In this document: piece after piece, positions 8,998 to 17,361 of the stretch | Layout: each line of letters opens with the position of its first letter | How positions within the stretch are numbered: position 1 is the first letter of the stretch | NCBI GenBank assembly: GCA_028279805.1 | Contig: JANQMZ010000007.1 | Coordinates: 90,001-122,000, forward strand | Source of the DNA: an archaeon | GTDB taxonomy: Archaea; Iainarchaeota; Iainarchaeia; Iainarchaeales; JANQMZ01 | Direction: 5' to 3' | DNA: 32,000 bases | Translations under genes and position numbers: made by a program | Notes under the pieces: model-generated | The model's input: the letters and a program-made list of their open reading frames with translations, nothing else | Told to the model about the DNA's origin: nothing | Database searches by the model: none

Positions 8998-9900
8998 CTA
9001 TTTTCCACCTTTTAACATGATTCCCAGAAGCCTTGAAAACTTGAAAACAATTGACTGGCTTAAAATAAAAACAATCAGTGCGGGCCACATTTTAATATTT
9101 GCATTTTTGAAAATGTTCCTGTTAATAAAAAGTTTTCCCAATAAAAACAAGTCAGTTAAAATCCAGAAAAAAACATTTGCAAAACCAAGCAAAATTGTTG
9201 TGAAAAAAATTAAATCCAAAAAAATTGCTTTAGGATAACCATGTTTTTTGTAAAAAGAATTCATGTTAAAACCAAAATTCCATGCACGCTTTAAAACATT
9301 TGACAGCTGAGGCGGTTCAAAATGTTTCCATACTGCTTTGTCAGCGTAAGCAACGTGCCATTTAAATTTTTGCATTCTTTTGGATAAATCTACATCTTCA
9401 CCAAAGTCAAGTTTTTCATCAAAACCTTTTGTTTTTTCCAAAACTTTTCTTTTATACAACCAGCCGCTGAAAGGCCTATAATTCTGAAAAGCTGCTTTTC
9501 TTTCAAACTGTTTGCATTTTGTCCAGACCGAATCATTTTCATTTAACACTAACTGTTTTCCGATAACAGAACCAATATTTTCTTTTTCCAGTTTTTTTAA
9601 ACATTCTTTTAAAAAATTCCGGGAATAAACTGCGTCAATTTCCCCGAAAAAAACAATGTTTCCTTTTGATTTTTTCCAGCCCTGGTTTCTTGCATGACTC
9701 CTTCCAAAATGTTTTAATTCAAGCAGTTTTACCGGGTATTTTTTTACAAGTTCTTTTGTTCCATCTGTTGAGCCGTCATCTGCAACAATTATTTCATCAA
9801 ATTTTTTTGACTGTTTTAAAACCGAGTTTAAGCATTTTTCAACATGCATGTAATTGTTGTAAACAGGAATAACACATGAAACAAATTTTTTTTTATTCAT
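8998..9900 (-). CDS. glycosyltransferase family 2 with C-terminal membrane segments
   Basis: VSCVIPVYNN...IIVADDGSTDGT GT-A signature. Hydrophobic C-terminus (IFLDLIFFTTILLGFANVFFWIL..., ALIVFILSQSIVF). Confidence 0.85.
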   Translation of the reverse strand: MNKKKFVSCVIPVYNNYMHVEKCLNSVLKQSKKFDEIIVADDGSTDGTKELVKKYPVKLLELKHFGRSHARNQGWKKSKGNIVFFGEIDAVYSRNFLKECLKKLEKENIGSVIGKQLVLNENDSVWTKCKQFERKAAFQNYRPFSGWLYKRKVLEKTKGFDEKLDFGEDVDLSKRMQKFKWHVAYADKAVWKHFEPPQLSNVLKRAWNFGFNMNSFYKKHGYPKAIFLDLIFFTTILLGFANVFFWILTDLFLLGKLFINRNIFKNANIKMWPALIVFILSQSIVFKFSRLLGIMLKGGK

Positions 9901-10030
9901 TTAATATATTTTTTTACAAAAGTGTTCTTAAAGTTTTCAAGCGTTTTTGACGTTTGACCCAAAACCATTAAAAAAAGAAAAGAGAAGCTTAAAATAATTT
10001 TTTATGCTATTTATATTTTAGGCGGTTAAA

Positions 10031-10975
10031 ATGAATGTTTTGGTAACAGGCGGTGCAGGCTTTATCGGTTCGCATTTGTGTGAAAAACTTGTTAAACAAA
10101 ATGTAAACGTGTTCTGCCTTGACAATTTTAATAATTATTATGATCCTAACGTTAAAAGAAAAAACATTTCATCTTTGACAGGTAAAAAAAATTTTACCTT
10201 AATTGAAGGGGATATCAGGGACGAAAAATTGCTGGAAAAAATTTTTTCAGAAAATTCTTTTGAAAAAATCATTCATCTGGCTGCACGTGCAGGTGTAAGA
10301 CCGTCCATTGAACAGCCCTTATTGTATATTGATGTAAATATTTCAGGAACCGCAAATCTTTTGGAAAAAAGCGTTAAACACAAAATAAAACAGTTTGTTT
10401 TTGCCTCTTCTTCAAGTGTTTATGGTTTAAATCAAAAAACTCCTTTTTCTGAAAAAGATTCAACTGATAATCAGATTTCGCCTTACGCGGTTTCAAAAAA
10501 AGCAGGTGAACAATTATGCTATTATTATTCAAAAAATTTTTCTTTGCCAATAACATGCCTGCGTTTTTTCACTGTTTATGGTCCGAGGGGAAGGCCTGAC
10601 ATGGCTGTTTACAAGTTTGCCCGGAAAATAAATTCCGGTGAAAAAATTTCAGTATACGGTGATAATTCTGTTAAAAGAGATTTTACTTACATTGATGATA
10701 TTGTTAACGGCATTATAAAAGCATCTGAAAAAAATTTTTCTTTTGAAATAATTAATCTGGGCAACAATAATCCGGTGACTGTTTCAAAAATTATTGAATT
10801 AATTGAAAAAGAATTTGAAAAAAAAGCTTTAAAGGAACAAAAGCCTTTGCCTAAAGCGGATGTTCCGATTACTTTTGCCGATGTGTCCAAAGCCAAAAAA
10901 CTTTTAGGCTGGCAGCCTAAAATTTCAGTTGAGCAGGGAATAAAAAAATTTGCTGACTGGTTTAAGAATCAGTAA
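10031..10975 (+). CDS. NAD-dependent epimerase/dehydratase, UDP-glucuronate 4-epimerase-like SDR
   Basis: VTGGAGFIGSHL, the DNFNNYYDP motif characteristic of UDP-GlcA 4-epimerases, and the YAVSK catalytic motif. Confidence 0.75.
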   Translation: MNVLVTGGAGFIGSHLCEKLVKQNVNVFCLDNFNNYYDPNVKRKNISSLTGKKNFTLIEGDIRDEKLLEKIFSENSFEKIIHLAARAGVRPSIEQPLLYIDVNISGTANLLEKSVKHKIKQFVFASSSSVYGLNQKTPFSEKDSTDNQISPYAVSKKAGEQLCYYYSKNFSLPITCLRFFTVYGPRGRPDMAVYKFARKINSGEKISVYGDNSVKRDFTYIDDIVNGIIKASEKNFSFEIINLGNNNPVTVSKIIELIEKEFEKKALKEQKPLPKADVPITFADVSKAKKLLGWQPKISVEQGIKKFADWFKNQ

Positions 10976-11903
10976 CCTGTGTTTTAAACCATTCAATTGT
11001 TTTTGGCAACCCGTCTTCAATGCTTATTTTTGGTTCCCATTCCAGTTTTTCTTTTGCTTTGCTTATATCCGGTTTTCTTTTCAAAGGGTCATCTTCAGGC
11101 AAATCTTTGAACACAATGTTTGACTCTGATTTTGTTAATTCTTTTATTTTTTTGGCAAAATCCAGAATGCTTAATTCTTCGGGATTGCCCAAATTTACAG
11201 GTGAATGAACTCCGGAATGCATTAAAGAATATAATCCTTGAACCAGGTCGGAAACATAGCAAAAAGACCTAGTTTGAGAACCGTCACCATAAACCGTTAT
11301 ATCCTTGTTTTTTAATGCCTGTGTTGCAAAATTTGGCACAATTCTTCCATCATTTGTTCTCATTCTCGGGCCATAAGTGTTGAAAATTCTTGCAATCATT
11401 GCATCTGTTCTGAATTTTCTTCTGTAAACCATTATAAGTGCTTCTGCAAATCTTTTGCTTTCATCATAACATGCTCTTAATCCTACAGGATTAACATTGC
11501 CCCAGTATGTTTCTTTTTGAGGATGTTCTTTCGGGTCACCGTACACTTCTGATGTTGATGCAAACACAAACTTGGTTTGATTTTTTTTAGCATAATCCAG
11601 TAAATTTTTTGTGCCAAAAGAATTTGCAAGCATTGTTTCCAGAGGCATTTCCTGGTAATCAACAGGGGAAGCCGGGGAAGCCAAATGGTAAATCTGATCA
11701 ATTTTTTGTTTTAATTCCAGTGAGTTTGTTAAATCCTGTTCAATTAATTCAAAGTTTTCATTTTCATTTAAATGTTTTATGTTTTCTTTTGAACCTGTAA
11801 CAAAATTGTCCAGGCATAAAACTTTGTGTTCTTTTTCAAGCAAAAATTCGCACAAGTGTGAGCCTATAAAACCCGCGCCTCCTGCAACTAAAACTGTTTT
11901 CAT
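10962..11903 (-). CDS. uxs: UDP-glucuronate decarboxylase (UDP-xylose synthase)
   Basis: VAGGAGFIGSHLCE, DNFVTGSKENI, the CYDESKR catalytic motif, and overall UXS-like length. GGGTG lies 7 nt upstream of the ATG. ATGA start/stop overlap with the upstream gene. Confidence 0.8.
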   Translation of the reverse strand: MKTVLVAGGAGFIGSHLCEFLLEKEHKVLCLDNFVTGSKENIKHLNENENFELIEQDLTNSLELKQKIDQIYHLASPASPVDYQEMPLETMLANSFGTKNLLDYAKKNQTKFVFASTSEVYGDPKEHPQKETYWGNVNPVGLRACYDESKRFAEALIMVYRRKFRTDAMIARIFNTYGPRMRTNDGRIVPNFATQALKNKDITVYGDGSQTRSFCYVSDLVQGLYSLMHSGVHSPVNLGNPEELSILDFAKKIKELTKSESNIVFKDLPEDDPLKRKPDISKAKEKLEWEPKISIEDGLPKTIEWFKTQVTDS

Positions 11904-12637
11904 TTTTTTTCACCCAAATATTCTCCTGCTTCTTTTAACTGTTCAAATGAGCCTATATCAAACCATTTCCCTTCACAAGAATAACCATACACATCAGTTT
12001 TTTTATGCAGCCATTCAATAAAGTAACCCGGATTGTCAGGTTTATTATTTTGATTCAAATAGGTTTTAAAAAGCTTAACATCTTTTTCAGGATACATATA
12101 AACAGCTGTTGAAGCCAGAGTGCTTTTCGGGTTTTCAGGTTTTTCCCAGAATCCTGTGACTATGTTTTTTTCATTCATTTCAATTATTCCAAGTTTTTTT
12201 GCTGTTTCCATTTTTTTCACATCATAAACTCCAACAATTGTTGAATTTTTTTGTTTAAAATATTCATACATTTTTTTTAAAGAAAATTCAAACAAATTGT
12301 CAGCGGAAATGTCCAGTAATTCTCCTTTAATTTTTTCTGTTTTAATTGCAAAATATTTATCACCGATTGCCCCTAACCTGTTTTCTTCCGAATCTGTTCC
12401 GTCATCCAAAATTTTTATTTTAAAATCATATTCCTGTTGTTCAGCCCATGCTTTAAAATTATGATAAAATTTTGAATTGCTTATAATAATAACCTCATTA
12501 ACAGGCAATTCCTTAACTCGGTCCAAAACCCTGTTAAGCATTGGTTTTCCGCCAATTTCAATTAATGCTTTTGGTTTGTTTTTTGTTAAAGGATATAATC
12601 TTGTTGCATAGCCTGCAGCCGGAATAATTGTTTTCAT
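11900..12637 (-). CDS. sugar-phosphate nucleotidyltransferase (NTP_transferase family)
   Basis: IIPAAGYATRLYPLTKNKPKALIEIGGKP N-terminal signature. 245 aa. Confidence 0.75.
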   Translation of the reverse strand: MKTIIPAAGYATRLYPLTKNKPKALIEIGGKPMLNRVLDRVKELPVNEVIIISNSKFYHNFKAWAEQQEYDFKIKILDDGTDSEENRLGAIGDKYFAIKTEKIKGELLDISADNLFEFSLKKMYEYFKQKNSTIVGVYDVKKMETAKKLGIIEMNEKNIVTGFWEKPENPKSTLASTAVYMYPEKDVKLFKTYLNQNNKPDNPGYFIEWLHKKTDVYGYSCEGKWFDIGSFEQLKEAGEYLGEKK

Positions 12638-12657
12638 TTAAAAACACGGTTATATTT

Positions 12658-13602
12658 TTATTTTGATAAAATTTCTTTCACTTGTTTTGTCATTTCCAAT
12701 GCTTCTTCGTAAGGCCTTTGCCACATGTTTCTTCCGAAAATTAAACCGTCAACTCCGGCGTCAAAAGCAAGTTTTGCTTTGTTCAAAACATCTTCATCGC
12801 TTAATTTGCTTCCGCCACTAATCAATACGCCTGTATTTCCGGCAGCAGCAACAGCCCATTGAAGCATTTCCTGTTCTGTTAAATTTTTTTCCAGTTCTGT
12901 GTAAGCAGCATATTTTCCGTTGGGGTCATAATTTCCTTTTTTTGGAGCATTAATTTTTGCAATATCAGCACCTAACTCGTTTGCAACGCGTGCAGCATAA
13001 GCAACCATGCATAAGCTTCCCGCACCGCCTTTTTCTTCAACATATTTTCCGCGCGGATAAGCCCAGACAATTAAGGGTAATCCGTGTGTTTCACAATCCT
13101 GCCTTACTTTCATTAAAGTGTAAAAATCTTCCCATTGTCTTGGTGTTCCGACATATAATGTAAAGCCTACCGCATCTGCACCCATTAATTTTGCTTCCTT
13201 AACAGTTGCATTTAACGGGCTTAAAGCTTTATCTGCAGCCGGAATATCGGTTTTCCCGTTTAATTTTAAAACCAGTGGAACATCTTTTTTGTAATCACTT
13301 TTTGCCCAGTATTTTTTAGCCAGACCAATCTGAAAAACAATTCCTGAATAATCTCCTTCCTGTGCCAGTTTTAACTGAAATTCAGGGTCAATGCTCGGAG
13401 GATTTGTAAAAAAATCCACAGCCCCATGTTCCAGGCCCTGGTCTACAGGCAATAACAACAATTTTTCTTTTTTTAAGCCATGTTCTAACATTAATCTTTC
13501 CAAATGTGATTTTTTTTGTTCATTAATCTGAGGCAAATCCAGCGAAAATTTTTGTTCTCTTCCTTTTTTCAAATATTCTTTTATTTTTTCAACATTTTCC
13601 AT
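12658..13602 (-). CDS. class I fructose-bisphosphate aldolase, DhnA/FbaB (archaeal) type
   Basis: LLLPVDQGLEHG motif, ADIAKINAPK region, TIM-barrel length. ATG 13602 is preceded by TAGGTG plus A9; the ORF track starts at the GTG (13614) inside that SD. Confidence 0.75.
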   Translation of the reverse strand: MENVEKIKEYLKKGREQKFSLDLPQINEQKKSHLERLMLEHGLKKEKLLLLPVDQGLEHGAVDFFTNPPSIDPEFQLKLAQEGDYSGIVFQIGLAKKYWAKSDYKKDVPLVLKLNGKTDIPAADKALSPLNATVKEAKLMGADAVGFTLYVGTPRQWEDFYTLMKVRQDCETHGLPLIVWAYPRGKYVEEKGGAGSLCMVAYAARVANELGADIAKINAPKKGNYDPNGKYAAYTELEKNLTEQEMLQWAVAAAGNTGVLISGGSKLSDEDVLNKAKLAFDAGVDGLIFGRNMWQRPYEEALEMTKQVKEILSK

Positions 13603-13614
13603 TTTTTTTTTCAC

Positions 13615-14586
13615 CTAAATTTTTGGAACCTTACCAGTAAAATGATGGTTTGTTTTTATGAACCTTTGCTCACCTGTCTTGCTCCTCAAAACAATTGAAT
13701 GAGTTTGAGCTCCAAAGCTTGTAAAATCAACTCCTTTTAATAAAGGACCTGAACTAACACCTGTTGCTGCAAAAATTGAAATCTTGCCTTTAACCATGTT
13801 GTCAATTGAAAGTTTTTTATTCAGTTTTTTTATTCCCATTTTTTTGGCTCTTTCTTTTTCATCCTCATTCCTAAATTTTAACCTGCCTTGTATTTCCCCG
13901 CCCAGGCATTTAATTGCGGATGCAGCCAAAACTCCTTCAGGTGCAGCCCCTATTCCAAGCAAAATATCAACATCTGATTCAGGCAGGCATGATGCAATTG
14001 CTCCTGACACATCTCCGTCATCAATAATCGTAATTCTGGCACCAACATTTCTTATTTCTTTTATTAATTTTTCATGCCTTGACCTGTTTAACAAAATAAC
14101 ATTAACATCTTCAACTTCAAGATTTTTGGCTTTTGCAACTTTTTCAATATTTTTTGAAACATCCCAGTCAAGGTTAATTTTTCCTTTTGATTCTGGGCCG
14201 ACTGCAATTTTATCCATGTATGTGTCAGGCGCATGCAACATTTTTCCTTTTGGTGATGCAGCCAAAACACTCATTGCATTTGGTTTTCCGAACGCAACAG
14301 AATTAGTGCATTCAAGCGGGTCAACCGCAATATCCAAATGCAAGCCTTTTTTCGTGCCAACTTTTTCTCCGATGTATAACATGGGAGCATTATCTCTTTC
14401 TCCCTCCCCGATAACAATTTTTCCATTAATGTCAAGATTGTTGAAAGCTTTTCTCATTATTTTTACCGCAGCATCATCTGCCTTGTGCTTGTTTCCTCGG
14501 CCGGTCCATCTTGCTGAAGCAATTGCAGCTGCTTCTGTTATTCTTACAAATTCCAGTGCTAAATTTCTGTCCAACCTGTACACCAA
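13615..14586 (-). CDS. glpX: class II fructose-1,6-bisphosphatase (GlpX type)
   Basis: N-terminus LALEFVRITEAAAIASARWTGRGNKHKADDAAV closely parallels the GlpX consensus. 323 aa. Start is TTG 14586 or GTG 14583. Confidence 0.85.
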   Translation of the reverse strand: MVYRLDRNLALEFVRITEAAAIASARWTGRGNKHKADDAAVKIMRKAFNNLDINGKIVIGEGERDNAPMLYIGEKVGTKKGLHLDIAVDPLECTNSVAFGKPNAMSVLAASPKGKMLHAPDTYMDKIAVGPESKGKINLDWDVSKNIEKVAKAKNLEVEDVNVILLNRSRHEKLIKEIRNVGARITIIDDGDVSGAIASCLPESDVDILLGIGAAPEGVLAASAIKCLGGEIQGRLKFRNEDEKERAKKMGIKKLNKKLSIDNMVKGKISIFAATGVSSGPLLKGVDFTSFGAQTHSIVLRSKTGEQRFIKTNHHFTGKVPKI

Positions 14587-14622
14587 TCAATTTGGTTAAT
14601 TAAACAATTTTAAAATTAATGC

Positions 14623-15906
14623 TTATTTTCCGATTCCGGTATATTTAAAACCCATTTTTTCAAGTTTTTCCCTGCTGTAAATATTTCTGCCGTCAATTAT
14701 AATTGGCTGTTTTAACAATGTTTTAACACGTTTAAAATCAATTTCTTTAAAATCGTTCCATTCTGTTACAAGCATTAAAGCATCACAATCTTTAATTGCA
14801 TCATAAGCATTTTCGGCAAACTCAATTTTTTTTACAAGTTTTTCAGTGTTTTTCATTGCAATCGGGTCAAATGCTTTTACTTTTGCACCTTGTTCAATTA
14901 ATTCTTTTATTATGACAAGTGCAGGAGCTTCCCTCATATCATCTGTGTTTGGCTTAAAGGCAAGCCCGAGCAAGCCAATTGTTTTTCCTTTTAAGCTTCC
15001 AAGCATTTTTTTTGCTTTTTTTATTAAAACTTTTTTTTGTTCCATGTTAACATTTTCAACAGCTTCTGCAATTTTAAAATTATAATTTTGTCTTTTTCCA
15101 ACACTTATTAATTCTTTAACATCTTTTGGAAAACAACTCCCTCCATAACCTGCTCCTGCGTTTAAAAAATGCTCACCAATTCTTTCATCCAAACCCATTC
15201 CTTTTGCAACCATTGAAACATCCGCACCTACTTTGTCACAAAAATTTGCAACTTCATTAATGAATGAAATTTTTGTAGCAAGAAAAGTGTTGCTTGCATA
15301 TTTAATCAGTTCAGCGCTTTTAACATCTGTAAACAAAATTTCACAGTTTAAAGGTTTGTATAATTGTTCCATTGTTTCAGCTGCTTTTTTATCCGCATTG
15401 CCTATAACAACACGGTCAGGTTCCAAAAAATCTTTAATGGCGTTTCCTTCCCTTAAAAATTCAGGATTGCTTACAACATGAAATTTTTCACTGTAATGCT
15501 TTTTTACAATGTTTTCAACGAGATTTCCGGTTCCTACAGGAACAGTGCTTTTGTTTACAATTATTTTTTCATCATTCATTGCTTTTCCAATTTCTTCTGC
15601 AACCATTTCAACATATTTTAAATCAGCAGAGCCGTCTTTTTTGGACGGAGTTCCTACCGCTATAAAAACAACTTTTGATTTTTGAATACTTTTTTTCAAA
15701 TCGGTTGAAAATTTTAACCGGCCGGCTTTAACATTTTTTTCAATTAAACCTTTCAAACCGGGTTCGTATATTGGCACGCCTCCCTTGTTTAATAAGTCAA
15801 TTTTTTCGTTATTATTATCAATGCAAACAACATTGTTTCCTAGGTCTGCAAAACAAGTTCCTGCAACCAGTCCAACATAGCCTGTGCCCACAACCGCAAT
15901 ATTCAT
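14623..15906 (-). CDS. ugd: UDP-glucose 6-dehydrogenase
   Basis: MNIAVVGTGYVGLV Rossmann motif, catalytic GGSCFPKD motif, GLAFKPNTDD motif. ATG 15906 is preferred over the upstream GTG 15915. Confidence 0.9.
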   Translation of the reverse strand: MNIAVVGTGYVGLVAGTCFADLGNNVVCIDNNNEKIDLLNKGGVPIYEPGLKGLIEKNVKAGRLKFSTDLKKSIQKSKVVFIAVGTPSKKDGSADLKYVEMVAEEIGKAMNDEKIIVNKSTVPVGTGNLVENIVKKHYSEKFHVVSNPEFLREGNAIKDFLEPDRVVIGNADKKAAETMEQLYKPLNCEILFTDVKSAELIKYASNTFLATKISFINEVANFCDKVGADVSMVAKGMGLDERIGEHFLNAGAGYGGSCFPKDVKELISVGKRQNYNFKIAEAVENVNMEQKKVLIKKAKKMLGSLKGKTIGLLGLAFKPNTDDMREAPALVIIKELIEQGAKVKAFDPIAMKNTEKLVKKIEFAENAYDAIKDCDALMLVTEWNDFKEIDFKRVKTLLKQPIIIDGRNIYSREKLEKMGFKYTGIGK

Positions 15907-16026
15907 TTTTTTCACTTTAAAACAAGTTTTATTATAAAATTTTGTTTCAGGTTAATATATAGTTTATTGGTACAAACTTTAATATTTCATTTTAACCAAA
16001 TTTGGCTTATTCTGAACAAATTTGAA

Positions 16027-16413
16027 TTAATTCAGATTACAGCCTGTTTTTTCAGCCAAAACCTGTAAAGATAATGCTCCTGTCTGCCTTGATCCGTCAT
16101 TAAAAGCCCATGTTGGATAAGCCTGAATTCCTGCATTCACACAAACAGGCAACTGGCTTTGCCCGTCAGGCGTTGAACATTCAACATAATTAACATGCTG
16201 AAATGAAACTCCGAACATTTCTTTTTGGTCTTTACAATGAGGACACCAGAAAGCACCGTAAAATGTTGCACCATTTTCTGTTAAGCATTGTGCAAATTCA
16301 TCATATTTGCCTTCTGCCTGAGGAGCCATTAAAACAAAGCCAACAGCAACAGCAGCTAAAATTACAAGTCCTGCAATCAAATGATTTTTTTTAACCATGC
16401 TTTTATTATGCAT
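16027..16413 (-). CDS. membrane-anchored thioredoxin-like protein (VKOR-associated Trx-like domain type, CPHC active site)
   Basis: N-terminal TM helix (LIAGLVILAAVAVGFVLMA). FYGAFWCPHCKDQKEMFG...VECS...YPTW matches the Trx-like domain that is fused to VKOR in cyanobacteria. CPHC is encoded at 16234-16245. Confidence 0.7.
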   Translation of the reverse strand: MHNKSMVKKNHLIAGLVILAAVAVGFVLMAPQAEGKYDEFAQCLTENGATFYGAFWCPHCKDQKEMFGVSFQHVNYVECSTPDGQSQLPVCVNAGIQAYPTWAFNDGSRQTGALSLQVLAEKTGCNLN

Positions 16414-16479
16414 GGGAAATGTTTATAAATTTCAAATCAATGAGTTTAAACAGAATTATAACTTTCAGGAGGGGAATGA

Positions 16480-16674
16480 ATGGAAAAAAGTGCTTTGGAC
16501 TGGATTGCATTAATTCTGGTTTTCATTGGTTCAATTAACTGGGCTTTGGTTGGCTTGGCTGACTTAAATCTGGTTACAATGATTTTTGGAACAATTCCAA
16601 TGCTTGTAACACTGGTTTACGTTTTAGTTGGACTGTCAGGAATTTATGTTCTGTGGATGGCTACAAAAGGCTAA
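16480..16674 (+). CDS. DUF378 family small membrane protein
   Basis: DWIALILVFIGSINWALVGL...LV signature, two TM helices, 64 aa. AGGAGGGG SD at 16467-16474. Confidence 0.7.
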   Translation: MEKSALDWIALILVFIGSINWALVGLADLNLVTMIFGTIPMLVTLVYVLVGLSGIYVLWMATKG

Positions 16675-16734
16675 TCCACTTTTCTTTTTTTTTAAAACAA
16701 AATTTAATAAACACTTTTGTAAATAATTTTGTTT

Positions 16735-17355
16735 ATGAAACAAGAACAAATTAATTTTTTAATAATTGCAATAATTGCAGGCGCATTAGCAGGAGCATTA
16801 ACCTCCTCCTTTTTTCTCACAGACTCAGATTCAAAAAGCAAATCAAACGATGATTTGATTTGGGATTTTTATTCAACTGAAACAGCAACATTAATCAGCC
16901 CGCATGGTTTAAGAAAAGCAATGGACAAAGGTCAGGACAATTTTATTTTGGTTGATTTGAGGAGCCAGGAAGAATATGAGAATTCCCATATTGTTGGCTC
17001 AATAAACATTCCCGCCTACAAAGATCCTGACACATCCGCTTACGGTGACAAAGAAAGAATTATTTCATCATTTGCGGAATTGCCTGAAGACAAGGAAGTA
17101 ATTGTTTATTGTTACAGCATTCCATGCATGACCGGCAGAAAAATAGGCAAAATGCTGGCAGATAATGATATTTTTGTTAAAGAACTTGGAATTGGCTGGA
17201 ATGAATGGCGTTATGACTGGAATGGCTGGAATCATGAACATGAATGGGCTAAAACAAATGTTTTGGATTACATTGTTTCAGGACCAGAACCAGGCGAATT
17301 AAAAACAAAATCTGATTCAAGCGCATGCCCGATTGACAATGAATTTGGCTGTTAG
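16735..17355 (+). CDS. membrane-anchored rhodanese-like domain protein
   Basis: N-terminal TM helix (FLIIAIIAGALAGAL). Rhodanese core FILVDLRSQEEYENSHIVGSINIP...VIVYCYSIPCMTGRK. The ATG at 16735 lies 2 codons inside the ORF-track TTG. Confidence 0.7.
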   Translation: MKQEQINFLIIAIIAGALAGALTSSFFLTDSDSKSKSNDDLIWDFYSTETATLISPHGLRKAMDKGQDNFILVDLRSQEEYENSHIVGSINIPAYKDPDTSAYGDKERIISSFAELPEDKEVIVYCYSIPCMTGRKIGKMLADNDIFVKELGIGWNEWRYDWNGWNHEHEWAKTNVLDYIVSGPEPGELKTKSDSSACPIDNEFGC

Positions 17356-17361
17356 GTTTTT

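Noticed and set aside
13784-14599. 271-aa ORF on the + strand, antisense to glpX. Similar long antisense ORFs occur at 8100-8726, 20518-20907, 607-1032 and 30984-31406.
   Set aside because: They lie entirely within well-supported genes on the opposite strand. They have low-complexity S/F/L/I-rich composition typical of shadow ORFs in AT-rich DNA and no recognisable motifs. The 30984-31406 ORF is just the complement of the Pro/Glu repeat.
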